A DNA stretch of 32,799 bases from Alphaproteobacteria bacterium (GCA_005883445.1 VAZL01000070.1:1-32799); one strand, 5' to 3'; counted from the stretch's first letter, positions 19,245 through 30,755 are shown. Numbers and translations are program-made. The notes: generated by a model from the letters alone, not told the origin.

Positions 19245-20375
19245 TCAAGCCGAGCCGGACCGACCCAACAATTCTTTGACTTTGCCGAAGAATCCTGCCG
19301 CTTCCGGCTGGGTGTCCTGGGACGACAATCGTTCGAATTCGTTCAGCAATTCACGCTGGCGCTTACTGAGTTTTTGCGGCGTCTCGACCAGAACCTGAAT
19401 GTACATATCGCCGGTTTGTTTTGAGCGCAGCACCGGCATGCCCTTGCCTTGGAGGCGGAAGCGGCGCCCCGACTGGGTGCCTTCCGGCACCTTCACGCGA
19501 CTATGGTTGCCGTCGATGGTCGGCACCTCGATCTCGCCGCCCATCGCCGCAAGGACCATGGAGATCGGCACTCGGCAGTGCAAATCGGCGCCCTCGCGGT
19601 GGAAGAACGGATGTGCGCCGATCGCGAGAAAAATGTAGAGATCCCCGGCAGGTCCACCGCGCACGCCCGCCTCGCCTTCGCCCGCGAGTCTTATGCGGGT
19701 GCCATCCTCGACGCCTGGGGGGATGTTGACCGAGAGCGCGCGCTCGCGCGTCACCCGCCCGGAGCCCGAGCAGGATGGGCAGGGGTTGTCGATGACTTGT
19801 CCGCGACCCTGGCAGGCGGGACAGGTCCGCTCGAGCGTGAAGAAACCTTGGGCGTGACGGATGCGTCCGTGGCCGCCGCAGGTCGGACAAGCCTTGGGTT
19901 TGGTGCCGGCCTTGGCGCCGGAGCCGGAGCAAGCCTCGCAGGTCACCGAGGTGGGGAGGCGTACCTGGGCGGTCTTGCCGAAATAGGCCTCCTCCAGGCT
20001 GATTTCCATGTTGTAGCGCAGATCGGCGCCGCGCTCGCGGCCGCCGCCGCGTCCACGGCGAGCGCCGCCCATACCGAACAGATCATCGAAGATATCGGCG
20101 AAGGCCGAAGCCACGTCGCCGAAGCCGTGGGCCGCGCCGGAGCCGGCATGCTCGAAAGCGGCGTGGCCGAAGCGGTCGTAGGCCGCGCGCTTGTCGGGAT
20201 CCTTGAGGATCTCGTAGGCCTCATTGATCTCCTTGAAGCGGACTTCGCAGCTCTTGTCGCTGGGATTGCGATCGGGGTGCCACTTCATGGCGAGCTTGCG
20301 GAAGGCGGATTTCAGTTCGCCGTCGCCCGCCGTGCGCTCGACCTCGAGGACCTCGTAGTAGCAGCGCTTGGCCAT
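19245..20375 (-). CDS. dnaJ: Molecular chaperone DnaJ
   Basis: 376 aa from ATG 20375. J domain (CYYEVLEV...[12 protein letters not shown]...[18 protein letters not shown]), a G/F region, four CxxCxGxG zinc motifs, and the C-terminal domains. Confidence 0.95.
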   Translation of the reverse strand: MAKRCYYEVLEVERTAGDGELKSAFRKLAMKWHPDRNPSDKSCEVRFKEINEAYEILKDPDKRAAYDRFGHAAFEHAGSGAAHGFGDVASAFADIFDDLFGMGGARRGRGGGRERGADLRYNMEISLEEAYFGKTAQVRLPTSVTCEACSGSGAKAGTKPKACPTCGGHGRIRHAQGFFTLERTCPACQGRGQVIDNPCPSCSGSGRVTRERALSVNIPPGVEDGTRIRLAGEGEAGVRGGPAGDLYIFLAIGAHPFFHREGADLHCRVPISMVLAAMGGEIEVPTIDGNHSRVKVPEGTQSGRRFRLQGKGMPVLRSKQTGDMYIQVLVETPQKLSKRQRELLNEFERLSSQDTQPEAAGFFGKVKELLGRSGSA

Positions 20376-20443
20376 GCCCGCGTCCACCCCCGTCATTTCC
20401 GCCGCAGCGTCGTCAAATCCGACCCGGTCACTCATGACGCGTC

Positions 20444-20480
20444 AAAAAAGATGCACCCCCGGGGCTTTGGCCCCAGGGGG
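20444..20480 (-). terminator. GC-only hairpin plus U-tract between dnaK and dnaJ (partial terminator or attenuator)
   Basis: On the minus strand, CCCCC(T)GGGG-CCAAAG-CCCCGGGGG forms 9 G:C pairs with one bulge (20456-20480). It is followed by TGCATCTTTTTT. The U-run is 6 nt away from the stem, hence moderate confidence. Confidence 0.45.
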
Positions 20481-20525
20481 TTGGTTGCAATCGAAAACGG
20501 CATGGCAAAGGCAGCCTCGCCGAGG

Positions 20526-22405
<1,880 letters not shown>

Positions 22406-22544
22406 GTCTCGCTTCCTCTTGTCTGCGGCAGGTCGGCCGGGTCCTTTCGGCACCCGAACGGGAGATTCCGCGAGACCCGCGGAGCCCCCCTCATCCGACC
22501 CCCTAAATGCACATCGATGCCGCCCCCCGGTGGCGTCTTGGCTC

Positions 22545-22572
22545 ATATAGGAGGGCGGGTTTGCCCCGCAAG
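22545..22572 (-). promoter_or_regulatory. RpoH (sigma-32)-type heat-shock promoter of dnaK
   Basis: The minus strand reads CTTG-cggggcaaacccgccct-CCTATAT. This is an exact fit to the alphaproteobacterial sigma-32 consensus CTTG-N17-CYTATNT, about 135 nt upstream of the dnaK ATG. Confidence 0.6.
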
Positions 22573-22674
22573 ACATATGATCACGGATTCGCGAGCCGCG
22601 AGGTCAACGCATAGCCCGTCCCGCGAAGCGAAAGCGGTTCGCCGCACGAACCACCTCGCTGGGGACGGCGCTCG

Positions 22675-22730
22675 CCCATGCGTATTCGCCCATGCGTACT
22701 CACCCATGCGTATTCGCCCATGCGTATTTG
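22675..22730. repeat. 4 x 14-bp tandem repeat (CCCATGCGTAYTYR) in the dnaK/alkB divergent spacer
   Basis: Read directly: 22675 cccatgcgtattcg, 22689 cccatgcgtactca, 22703 cccatgcgtattcg, 22717 cccatgcgtatttg. The last unit runs into a perfect TTGACA hexamer (22728-22733). Confidence 0.95.
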
Positions 22731-22761
22731 ACAAGGTGCAACGGCGAGAGACGATGACGAG

Positions 22762-23356
22762 ATGACCGCTGCGCACCCGCTTTCCGGCTTGCGTCTCGTG
22801 CCGGCCTATCTCGATCGGCCGTCCCAGGAAGCGCTTTTGGCCGCGCTGCGCGCGGTATTCGCGCGCGCCCCGCTCTATACCCCGCGCATGCCCAACAGCG
22901 GCAAGCCGCTCTCCGTGCGCATGACCAATTGCGGGCCGCTCGGCTGGGTCACCGATGAAGCCGGCTATCGCTACCAGCCCCTGCACCCCCACACCGGCCA
23001 GCCGTGGCCGGCGATGCCGGATCTCGTAATCGATGCCTGGAAGTCGCTCGCGGGCTATCCCCACGCCCCCGAAAGCTGCCTCATCAATTATTACGGGCCC
23101 GCGGCGAAGATGCGTTTCGCTCTCGCTCGGCGACACCTGCCTGTTCCGCATCGGCGGCACGCGGCGCGGCGACCCGACCCGCTCGTTCCCGCTTTCCTCC
23201 GGCGATGCGCTGGTGCTCGGCGGCGCGGCGCGGCTCGCGTTCCATGGCGTCGACCGGATCATGCCGGGGACGTCGACCCTGCTGCCGGAAGGCGGGCGGA
23301 TCAACCTGACGCTGCGGCGGGTGACGCTGCCAACGCCGCAACAGCGATCAGGCTGA
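22762..23356 (+). pseudogene. alkB: Alpha-ketoglutarate/Fe(II)-dependent DNA dioxygenase AlkB, disrupted as sequenced: frameshifting gap at about 23112/23113 removes the HxD iron ligands
   Basis: The frame of 22762 gives ...SVRMTNCGPLGWVTDEAGYRYQP...GQPWPAMPD...ESCLINYYGPAAKM. The frame of 23033 gives VSLSLGDTCLFRIGGTRRGDPTRSFPLSSGDALVLGGAARLAFHGVDRI...GGRINLTLRRV. The intervening (G/S)LHQD.DE......P. block is missing. The 595-nt span is not divisible by 3. Confidence 0.85.
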
Positions 23357-23390
23357 GTCAGAAGGACGCGCCGCTGACGTCTGACTTCGA

Positions 23391-23771
23391 CTACTGATCG
23401 CCGACCGGCGTGATCCACGCGATCGTCGCGCCACCCGGCGCTTGAATGATCGCAACACGTCCCACGGTCGGAACGTCGAAGGGCTCTCGCATGACTTTTG
23501 CGCCGGCGGCCTTTGCCGCCTCAAGCACTGCGTCGACGTCGTCGACGGCGAGATACGGCAGCCAATCTTCCGGCACGCCGTCGAAGTCCGGCCCGATCAT
23601 CGGGAAAATACCGGCAACGGGTTCGTCGTCCATTTTCGCCACCCAATAGGTGCCGTCCGGCATCGGCATGGCATCGAACGTCCAGCCGATCGTGGAACCG
23701 TAAAATTTCTTCGCCTGTTCGACGTCGCGCGCCATCAGCTCGTTCCAATAGAAGCTGCCATGCGACCACAT
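23391..23771 (-). CDS. VOC (glyoxalase/bleomycin-resistance/dioxygenase) family protein
   Basis: 126 aa. FYWNELMARDVEQAKKFYGSTIGWTF...YWVAKMDDEPVAGIF...WLPYLAVDDVDAVLEAAKAAGAKVMREPFDVPTVGRVAIIQAPGGATIA is the typical single-module VOC pattern. Confidence 0.8.
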   Translation of the reverse strand: MWSHGSFYWNELMARDVEQAKKFYGSTIGWTFDAMPMPDGTYWVAKMDDEPVAGIFPMIGPDFDGVPEDWLPYLAVDDVDAVLEAAKAAGAKVMREPFDVPTVGRVAIIQAPGGATIAWITPVGDQ

Positions 23772-23900
23772 TGCCGTTCTCCATGGTTGATCGCGTCATC
23801 TTAACGCCGTCCGGACTGAAGGCCGATCACGCCTTTGCGAACGGCGGCGCTGCGTCCGCTGTATTTTCCCCCGTTCGATCGCGGTACTATCACGATCGCC

Positions 23901-24848
23901 ATGGTCCTGCGGCTCCTCATCGTCCTCGCGCTTGCGCTTGGCATCTCGCCCGCGCTCGCCGCCGATGCCACCTATCCGCCCGGCTCCCGCATCGGGCTCG
24001 CGCCGCCCGACGGCATGGTGACGAGCAAGAGCTTTTTTGGCTACGAGGACCCCAACAACAACGCCGCCATCATCTTGCTCGCGCTGCCGGCCCAGGCCTA
24101 CGCGGATCTCGACAAGTCCGTCACCGCCGACACGCTCAAACGACAAGGCGTGACATTGGAGACGCGCGAGGACGTGCCGCTTGCCGTCGGCAAGGCATTT
24201 CTAGTGACGGCGCATCAGGAGGTCGAAAACAACCTCGTTCACAAATGGATTCTGGTGGCCGGCTCCTCCGCATTGACCGCGCTGGTCACGGTGCAGATCC
24301 CCGACGCAGCGAAAACGCTCTATCCCGACGCTGCGATCCGCGCGGCGCTCGTCACGCTCGCCATCCGCGATACCGTCCCGGTGGACGAACAGCTGGGCCT
24401 GCTGCCCTTCAAGGTGGGCGATCTCGCGGGTTTTCGCGTCGGCGGCGTCGTTCCGGGGCGCGCGCTGATGCTGAGCGACGCTCCCGCCGATGCGCCGGGG
24501 CCGCTGGATGCCCGCATGGAGCCCCACATTTTCGTGGCCATTTCACCCGGCGCGCCCATGCAGGCCGCCGACCGCGACGCATTCGCACGCGACGTCTTCG
24601 CCACCGTCCCCAATCTCAGGGATATTCGCATCACCACGTCCGAGCCGTTGCGGATCGGTGGCCAGCAGGGCCATCAGATCCTCGCCGAGGCCAGGGACCC
24701 GACCGGCACTGCCACGTTGACGGTGGTGCAGTGGCTGCGCTTCGGCGGCAGCGCCTATTTGCAGATGATCGGGATCGCGCGCGCCGACGCCTGGAAAGAC
24801 GCCTATCCCCGCTTCCGCTCCGTGCGTGACGGCATCGAGGCGCGTTGA
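23901..24848 (+). CDS. Secreted hypothetical protein (Sec signal peptide)
   Basis: 315 aa from ATG 23901. MVLRLLIVLALALGISPALA|ADATY is a classical signal peptide with an AxA cleavage site. I recognise no domain. High third-position GC supports that it is coding. Confidence 0.6.
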   Translation: MVLRLLIVLALALGISPALAADATYPPGSRIGLAPPDGMVTSKSFFGYEDPNNNAAIILLALPAQAYADLDKSVTADTLKRQGVTLETREDVPLAVGKAFLVTAHQEVENNLVHKWILVAGSSALTALVTVQIPDAAKTLYPDAAIRAALVTLAIRDTVPVDEQLGLLPFKVGDLAGFRVGGVVPGRALMLSDAPADAPGPLDARMEPHIFVAISPGAPMQAADRDAFARDVFATVPNLRDIRITTSEPLRIGGQQGHQILAEARDPTGTATLTVVQWLRFGGSAYLQMIGIARADAWKDAYPRFRSVRDGIEAR

Positions 24849-24887
24849 GCGCTTCCTCCCCGGCCGTCCGGACGGCGAGTTGGTATT

Positions 24888-25541
24888 TCAGCGAGAACCG
24901 CGCGGCTCCTGCGAGGCACCCGCGTTGTCGTTGGCGGGCGGCTCCAGCGAACCCTTCGGTCCGCCCTTGGCAACGGCAACCAACGCCGGCCGCAGGATGC
25001 GCTCGCCGATCATGTAGCCGGGCTGTATCACGCGCGCCACGGTGCCCGCGGGCCGCGAGGCATCCGGGAGCTCGAACATCGCCTGATGCAGGTTGGGATC
25101 GAATTTTTCGTCCAGCGGCTCGAACTTTTTCACCCCGTGCTTTTCCAGCACCTTCAGCAGCTCGCGCTCGGTGAGCTCGACGCCGTCGAGCAGCGCCTTG
25201 GTCCCGGTGTCGGCCTTCTCTCGCAGTTCCGCGTCGAGCGCGCCGAGCGCGCGTTCCATATTGTCGGCAACAGCCAGAATATCGCGGGCGAACGAGGCAA
25301 TGCCGTAGTCGCGGGCATCCGCCACCTGCCGTTCGGTCCGCTTGCGCAAATTTTCCATCTCCGCGAGCGACCGCAGGAGCTTGTCTTTGTAGTCGGCGGC
25401 TTCGCGCGCGAGCGCGACCATGGGATCCTCGTTGGGGGCGGCTGGCGTCTGGCTGATCGATGTCTCCGGCGGGGCCTGATCGGCTCCTTGATCGTTCTGA
25501 TCGGTCGCGGCGCCCGGTGCGCGAACGGTCCAATCCGGCAT
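24888..25541 (-). CDS. grpE: Nucleotide exchange factor GrpE
   Basis: 217 aa from ATG 25541. ...YKDKLLRSLAEMENLRKRTERQVADARDYGIASFARDILAVADNMERAL...LLDGVELTERELLKVLEKHGVKKFEPLDEKFDPNLHQAM.... Confidence 0.9.
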   Translation of the reverse strand: MPDWTVRAPGAATDQNDQGADQAPPETSISQTPAAPNEDPMVALAREAADYKDKLLRSLAEMENLRKRTERQVADARDYGIASFARDILAVADNMERALGALDAELREKADTGTKALLDGVELTERELLKVLEKHGVKKFEPLDEKFDPNLHQAMFELPDASRPAGTVARVIQPGYMIGERILRPALVAVAKGGPKGSLEPPANDNAGASQEPRGSR

Positions 25542-25593
25542 GTCGTGTTCCCGCTTGTAGTTCGACCCGCCTCCGATATCAGGGCTGAGGCCC

Positions 25594-25627
25594 AAAAAAT
25601 CAAGCCGCAACGGCCATTTGTTGCGGC
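25594..25627 (-). terminator. Rho-independent terminator immediately after hrcA, upstream of grpE
   Basis: Minus strand: GCCGCAAC-aaatggcc-GTTGCGGC (perfect 8-bp stem) followed directly by TTGATTTTTT. It begins 4 nt after the hrcA stop codon. Confidence 0.65.
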
Positions 25628-25631
25628 GATG

Positions 25632-26720
25632 TCATCCGGCGATGAGCTTGCTCACGACCTTGGCGGTATAGTCCACCATCGGGATCACCCGTGCGTAATT
25701 GAGCCGCGTCGGGCCGATCACGCCGAGAACGCCGACGATGCGGCCGGTGCCCTCGCGGTAAGGCGCGACGATGGTGGAGGAGCCCGAGAGCGAGAACAGC
25801 TTGTTCTCCGAGCCGATAAAGATATGGGCGCCCTCGGCGCGCTCGGCCCGCCCGAGGAGATCGATCACCCCGCGCTTGGTCTCGAGATCATCGAACAGAA
25901 GCCGCACCCGCTCGAGATCCTCGAGTGCCTTGAGATCGTCGAGCAGGTGAGCGGCGCCGCGCACGATGAGCTTGCGCTCGTCTGATTCCCCGCCGGACCA
26001 GCTCGCGAGTCCGGCTGCGATGATCTTCTGAGTGAGCTGGTCGAGCTCAGCCTGTGCCACCGCGCGCGCTTTCTCGAGCTCGACCTTGGCTTCGGCCAAA
26101 GTGCGTCCGCGCACATGGGCGTTGAGGAAATTCGCAGCCTCGGTGAGAGAGGCTGCCGGCAGCCCCATCGGAACGCTGATGATGCGGTTCTCGACCTGTC
26201 CATCATCCGCGACCAAGATCACCATCGCGCGCTCGGGCTCGAGCCGAACGAATTCGATATGCTTCAATCGCACGTTCGATTTCGCGGTCAGCACCACCCC
26301 GGCGGCGCGCGTGAGGCCCGACAGCATGCCGGAGGCTTCGTTCAGCACGGCGTCCAGGGATTTGCCGGCGGCAGCCACCTTGGCCTCCATCTCGCGCCGG
26401 TCGGATTCACCGAGGTCGCCGATCTCCATCAATGCATCGACGAAGAAGCGCAAGCCGAGCTCGGTCGGCAGCCGTCCAGCCGAGGTGTGCGGCGCATAAA
26501 TGAGGCCGAGCTGCTCCAGATCGGACATCACGTTGCGCACGGACGCAGGCGACAGCGGGGTCGTGATCAAGCGTGAAATATTGCGCGAGCCCACGGGCTC
26601 GCCGGTGGCGAGGTAGCTTTCGACGATCTGTCGGAAAATATCGCGCGAGCGCTCGTTGAGCTGGGCGAGGCTCACCTGCGTCGCGCCGATCGGGACGTCG
26701 TGGGACAATAAGCGCTCCAT
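25632..26720 (-). CDS. hrcA: Heat-inducible transcription repressor HrcA
   Basis: 362 aa. ...[31 protein letters not shown]...[40 protein letters not shown]...IFIGSEN...[24 protein letters not shown]. Confidence 0.95.
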   Translation of the reverse strand: MERLLSHDVPIGATQVSLAQLNERSRDIFRQIVESYLATGEPVGSRNISRLITTPLSPASVRNVMSDLEQLGLIYAPHTSAGRLPTELGLRFFVDALMEIGDLGESDRREMEAKVAAAGKSLDAVLNEASGMLSGLTRAAGVVLTAKSNVRLKHIEFVRLEPERAMVILVADDGQVENRIISVPMGLPAASLTEAANFLNAHVRGRTLAEAKVELEKARAVAQAELDQLTQKIIAAGLASWSGGESDERKLIVRGAAHLLDDLKALEDLERVRLLFDDLETKRGVIDLLGRAERAEGAHIFIGSENKLFSLSGSSTIVAPYREGTGRIVGVLGVIGPTRLNYARVIPMVDYTAKVVSKLIAG

Positions 26721-26891
26721 TCAAACGTGAGCAGAATGGTCCATTCCGACTGCACAGTTCAAGCCTGACGGCTTTGCCCGTTCCGCCAGCGCCAAATTCG
26801 TTTACGCGAGGCGCGCAACCGCTGCTTCGCCTCTTGTCGGTCGCGGCGCGCGCCCCTAAAAGCTTGCCGATATGCCGAGCAGGAGACCAGC

Positions 26892-27605
26892 ATGCGGCCG
26901 AGCCGCCGACAACCCGACGAGCTGCGCGCCATCTCGCTCGAACGCGGTGTGGTAAAATACGCCGAGGGCTCCTGCTTCGTGAAGTTCGGCGATACTCACG
27001 TGCTGGTGACGGCGACGCTCGAGGACCGGCTGCCGCCGTGGCTCAAGGGCCAGGCGCGCGGCTGGGTCACGGCCGAATATGGCATGTTGCCGCGCGCCAC
27101 CTCGGAGCGCACGCGCCGCGAGGCATCCGCCGGCAAGCAGAGCGGGCGTACCATCGAGATCCAGCGGCTGATCGGGCGCAGCCTGCGCGCGGTGCTCGAT
27201 CTGCCGGCGCTGGGCGAGCGGCAGATCACGATCGATTGCGACGTCATTCAAGCGGACGGCGGAACCCGCACCGCCGCCATCACCGGCGCCTGGGTCGCGT
27301 TGCACGATTGCATCACCTGGATGAAGACCCGCGACATGGTGGCGGGGGAACCGCTGCGCGACCACGTCGCCGCCATCTCCTGCGGCATCTGCAACGGCAC
27401 GCCGGTGCTGGACCTCGATTACGCCGAGGATTCGGAGGCCGACACCGATGCCAATTTCGTCATGACCGGCGCCGGACGAATCGTCGAGGTGCAAGGCACG
27501 GCAGAGAAAATTCCCTTCACCGAGGAGCAATTCCTCAACCTGCTCGCGCTCGCGCGAAAGGGCGTCATGAAACTCGTCGACTTGCAGAAACTGGCGGTGA
27601 TGTGA
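26892..27605 (+). CDS. rph: Ribonuclease PH
   Basis: 237 aa, colinear with E. coli RNase PH (MRP.GR....R...L.R...K.AEGS..V.FGDT.VL..A......[37 protein letters not shown]...[27 protein letters not shown]). AGGAGA SD. Confidence 0.95.
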   Translation: MRPSRRQPDELRAISLERGVVKYAEGSCFVKFGDTHVLVTATLEDRLPPWLKGQARGWVTAEYGMLPRATSERTRREASAGKQSGRTIEIQRLIGRSLRAVLDLPALGERQITIDCDVIQADGGTRTAAITGAWVALHDCITWMKTRDMVAGEPLRDHVAAISCGICNGTPVLDLDYAEDSEADTDANFVMTGAGRIVEVQGTAEKIPFTEEQFLNLLALARKGVMKLVDLQKLAVM

Positions 27606-28282
27606 GCGCGCACTCCGCGACCTCGATCTCGACTCCGAGCGACGCCGCGCATCGACGGCTCGCCGGCCGTCTCGTGATTGCGACGCACAACCCGGGCAAG
27701 CTCAAGGAGATGCGCGAGCTCCTCACGCCGTACGGGATCGACGCGGTGTCGGCAGCCGACCTCGGTTTGGTCGAGCCCGTGGAGAGCGGCACGACCTTCG
27801 AGGAGAACGCCCGCATCAAGGCGACCGCGGCGGCGAAGGCGTCAGGTTTGCCCGCCTTTGCCGACGATTCCGGGCTGACGGTCGATGCGCTCGGCGGCGA
27901 TCCCGGCATCTATTCGGCGCGCTGGGCGGGCCCTGAGAAGGACTTCCGACAGGCCATGCAGATCGTGGAAGACAAGTTATGCGAGCGCGGCGCGCGTGCA
28001 GGTAGCCAACGCACGGCGCATTTCGTCAGCGCGCTCTGCCTCGCCTGGCCCGACGGACACGTCGAGGAATTCGAGGGCACGGTCGACGGCACGCTCGTGT
28101 GGCCGCCGCGCGGCGAGAAGGGTTTCGGCTACGATCCGATGTTTTTGCCCACCGGCTATTCCCGCACCTTCGGCGAGATGACGAACGTGGAGAAACACGG
28201 CCTGCCGCCGCGGGGCAAAGGACTTTCGCACCGGGCGCGCGCGTTTCTCAAGCTCGCGGAGGCTTGTCTTGCAACGCGCTGA
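27602..28282 (+). CDS. rdgB: dITP/XTP pyrophosphatase (non-canonical purine NTP pyrophosphatase, RdgB/HAM1 family)
   Basis: ...[19 protein letters not shown]...[12 protein letters not shown]...[29 protein letters not shown]...[15 protein letters not shown]...FEG...G......[13 protein letters not shown]...TFGEM....K...SHRARAF. The start is taken at GTG 27602, which overlaps the rph stop (aTGTGA). The start codon is uncertain. Confidence 0.8.
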   Translation: MSAHSATSISTPSDAAHRRLAGRLVIATHNPGKLKEMRELLTPYGIDAVSAADLGLVEPVESGTTFEENARIKATAAAKASGLPAFADDSGLTVDALGGDPGIYSARWAGPEKDFRQAMQIVEDKLCERGARAGSQRTAHFVSALCLAWPDGHVEEFEGTVDGTLVWPPRGEKGFGYDPMFLPTGYSRTFGEMTNVEKHGLPPRGKGLSHRARAFLKLAEACLATR

Positions 28283-29435
28283 TCGCAACGACGCTCCGGC
28301 GTTCGGCGTCTATGTCCATTGGCCGTTCTGCCTGTCGAAGTGTCCGTACTGCGACTTCAACAGCCATGTGCGCCATGCCGCCGTCGACGAGGCTCGCTTC
28401 ACGCGCGCCTTTGGCGCCGAGATCTCCGCGACCGCCGCGCGGCTACCCGCGCGAACCGTCTCGACCATCTTCTTCGGCGGCGGCACGCCGTCGCTGATGC
28501 AGCCCGCAACCGTCGGCGCAATCCTCGATGCCGTTGCGCGCCACTGGCCGATCGATCCCGATGTCGAAGTGACGCTCGAAGCCAATCCGACCAGCGTCGA
28601 GGCGACGCGCTTTCGCGGATTTCGCGCGGCGGGCGTCAACCGCGTCTCGCTCGGCGTGCAGGCGTTGGACGATGGCGCGCTCAAAGAGCTTGGGCGGCTG
28701 CACTCGGCGCGCGAGGCGCTCGCTGCGGTCGCGCTCGCGCGCTCGATCTTCGATCGCTATTCGTTCGATCTGATCTATGCGCGACCGGGCCAGACGCCGC
28801 AGGCCTGGGCCGCCGAGCTCACACGCGCCGTGGTCGAGGCAGGCGAGCATCTTTCGCTCTATCAGCTCACCATCGAGCAGGACACGCCGTTTGCCGCGCT
28901 GTATGCCGCCGGAAAGCTCGTCGTCCCCGACGACGACACCGCCCGCGCGCTCTATGACACGACCCAGGCGATCTGCGCGCGCGCGGGCCTGCCGGCCTAC
29001 GAGATTTCCAACCACGCGCGGCCCGGCGCCGAATGCCGCCACAACCTCGTCTACTGGCGCGCGCAGGAATATGCCGGCATCGGGCCGGGCGCCCACGGCC
29101 GGCTCGAGGTCGCGGGCGGGCGCCACGCCACTGCGACCGAAAAGCGGCCGGAGAGCTGGCTGATGCGGGTGGAATCGCTCGGACACGGCGTCGTGAGTGA
29201 GGAGGCGCTCACGCGCGAGCAAGTGGCGGACGAGTTTCTGCTCATGGGATTGCGGCTGGCCGAGGGCATCGATCCCGCGCGCTACGCGCGCCTTGCCGGT
29301 CGGCCGCTCGATCCGCGCCGCATCGCCCTCCTGCGCGAGCAGGGCGCCGTCGAGACCACGGCGAACGGCATGTTGCGCGTGACGCTCGCCGGCTTTCCCG
29401 TGCTCGACGCCGTGGTCGCCGATCTCGCGGCGTGA
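28269..29435 (+). CDS. hemW: Radical SAM heme chaperone HemW (HemN-like, oxygen-independent coproporphyrinogen oxidase family)
   Basis: 388 aa. [19 protein letters not shown] (CxxxCxxC radical-SAM motif) ...[10 protein letters not shown]...EANPTSVE...[10 protein letters not shown]...[12 protein letters not shown]...[11 protein letters not shown]...[21 protein letters not shown] start at 28269 overlaps the rdgB end by 14 nt. Confidence 0.9.
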   Translation: MQRADRNDAPAFGVYVHWPFCLSKCPYCDFNSHVRHAAVDEARFTRAFGAEISATAARLPARTVSTIFFGGGTPSLMQPATVGAILDAVARHWPIDPDVEVTLEANPTSVEATRFRGFRAAGVNRVSLGVQALDDGALKELGRLHSAREALAAVALARSIFDRYSFDLIYARPGQTPQAWAAELTRAVVEAGEHLSLYQLTIEQDTPFAALYAAGKLVVPDDDTARALYDTTQAICARAGLPAYEISNHARPGAECRHNLVYWRAQEYAGIGPGAHGRLEVAGGRHATATEKRPESWLMRVESLGHGVVSEEALTREQVADEFLLMGLRLAEGIDPARYARLAGRPLDPRRIALLREQGAVETTANGMLRVTLAGFPVLDAVVADLAA

Positions 29436-29441
29436 GGACGG

Positions 29442-30641
29442 TTACGTCGCCGAGCCGCCGAAACCTTTCGGCGGCGCACTGATGACCTGGCCGCCGGTCG
29501 GCGACACCCGCAGCACGGCGAGCCCGCGCTGGTTGGTGCCATCGGGACGGAAGCGAAACAGCCCGTCGATGCCGGTGAAGCCCGAGGAATTGGTCAGCAC
29601 CTCGTCCGAGAAGCGCTGCTTGCCCTGGGTCTTGACCAGCGCCGCGACCAGCGCGACGGCGTCGTAGGCGAGCGAGGCGGTGCGCACGGGATCGCGGCCG
29701 TAGCGGCTGCGGTAGCGGGCGGAGAAATTGCGAAAGCCGGTCGAATCCGGCCCCGCATACCACGCCCCGTCGAGTAGCGGACTGGAGAAGATTTGCGCGT
29801 CTTCCCACAAACCGGTCCCGAGCAGCTGCACGCGTTTGGTGTCGATGCCATTTGCGGTCAACGCCTGCACCAGCGCGGGCACGGCGTCGGCCCCGTCCGG
29901 GATAAAGATGGCGTCGGCCCCGCTCGCCGCCTGCGCGACGTTGCGCACGGGGCCCTGCATCTGCGCCTTGTCGAGCGGATAACGCTCGAGCGCGACGACG
30001 CGGCCGCCGCCGCGCCCCACCGCCTGCTTGAACGCTGCTTCCGCCACGCTGCCGTAGGCATTGTCCGGAACGAGCGCCGCGAACGACCGCCGGCCCTGGC
30101 TCGCGGCATAGCCGATGATGCGATCGACATCGGACTCCGGCAGAAAGCTCAGGAGATAGATGCCGCGCGCCGCCACATTGGCGTCGGTCGAGAACGCGAT
30201 CACCGGCACGCCGCGAGCGCGCGCGGCCCGTCCCACCGGGGCGACGGTGAGCCCAAACAGCGGACCCAAAATGATCTCGGCGCCTTCGTCGAGCGCCTGC
30301 TGCGCCGCCTGCTGCGCCCCGGGCGCGCCGCCCCCGTCGTCTTTCACCAGGAGCTGGAGATCGGGATTGTTGAATTCCGCGAGCGCCATCTCGGCGGCGT
30401 TGCGCATGGATTGGGCGGCGACCGCCCCGTTGCCGCTAGCGGACAACGGCAGGATCAGACCGGCCTTGACCTTTCCTTCGCCGATATGGCTCGTGGCCTG
30501 CGACGGCGCGCCCGGCGAGGAGTCCAAATTCGGAAGATTCCCCGAGCAGCCCGCCAGCACGACGATGGATGCGAGCGCGGCCCACCACGGGGAAGAAGCG
30601 CCCGCCGGCCGCGGGCCCCGGGACTTAAGTCCTCCGAACAT
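29442..30641 (-). CDS. Lipoprotein with periplasmic-binding-protein type-1 fold (LivK-like; penicillin-binding-protein activator LpoA-like)
   Basis: 399 aa from ATG 30641 (GAGGAGA SD). Signal peptide plus lipobox ...WWAALASIVVLAG|CSG. Then ...KAGLILPLSASGNGAVAAQSMRNAAEMALAEFN...LLVKDDGG....A...A..A..EGAEIILGPL..... is typical of type-1 PBP/LpoA C-terminal domains. It is divergent from rsmI, as lpoA is in E. coli. Confidence 0.7.
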   Translation of the reverse strand: MFGGLKSRGPRPAGASSPWWAALASIVVLAGCSGNLPNLDSSPGAPSQATSHIGEGKVKAGLILPLSASGNGAVAAQSMRNAAEMALAEFNNPDLQLLVKDDGGGAPGAQQAAQQALDEGAEIILGPLFGLTVAPVGRAARARGVPVIAFSTDANVAARGIYLLSFLPESDVDRIIGYAASQGRRSFAALVPDNAYGSVAEAAFKQAVGRGGGRVVALERYPLDKAQMQGPVRNVAQAASGADAIFIPDGADAVPALVQALTANGIDTKRVQLLGTGLWEDAQIFSSPLLDGAWYAGPDSTGFRNFSARYRSRYGRDPVRTASLAYDAVALVAALVKTQGKQRFSDEVLTNSSGFTGIDGLFRFRPDGTNQRGLAVLRVSPTGGQVISAPPKGFGGSAT

Positions 30642-30755
30642 GGGGGGTCTCCTCGACGACGACCGATAATGTCGACGCCAGCCCACGCCGGCAATCGGCA
30701 TTTTGTCGGTGAATGGTTAACCGAATGAAAAGGATAATGATTTTTTACGCCGCCC

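Noticed and set aside
22517-22765. 82-aa ORF reading through the 14-bp tandem repeats
   Set aside because: The repeat period is not a multiple of 3, so each unit is translated differently. There is no SD, and it overlaps the dnaK promoter region. I treat it as non-coding.
26721-26891. Looked for a CIRCE operator (TTAGCACTC-N9-GAGTGCTAA) and a sigma-32 promoter upstream of hrcA
   Set aside because: No CIRCE-like inverted repeat is present. The only CTTG(AA) box (26758-26763, minus strand) is followed by GGACCATTCT at a spacing that does not fit the CTTG-N17-CYTATNT consensus, so I did not call a promoter.
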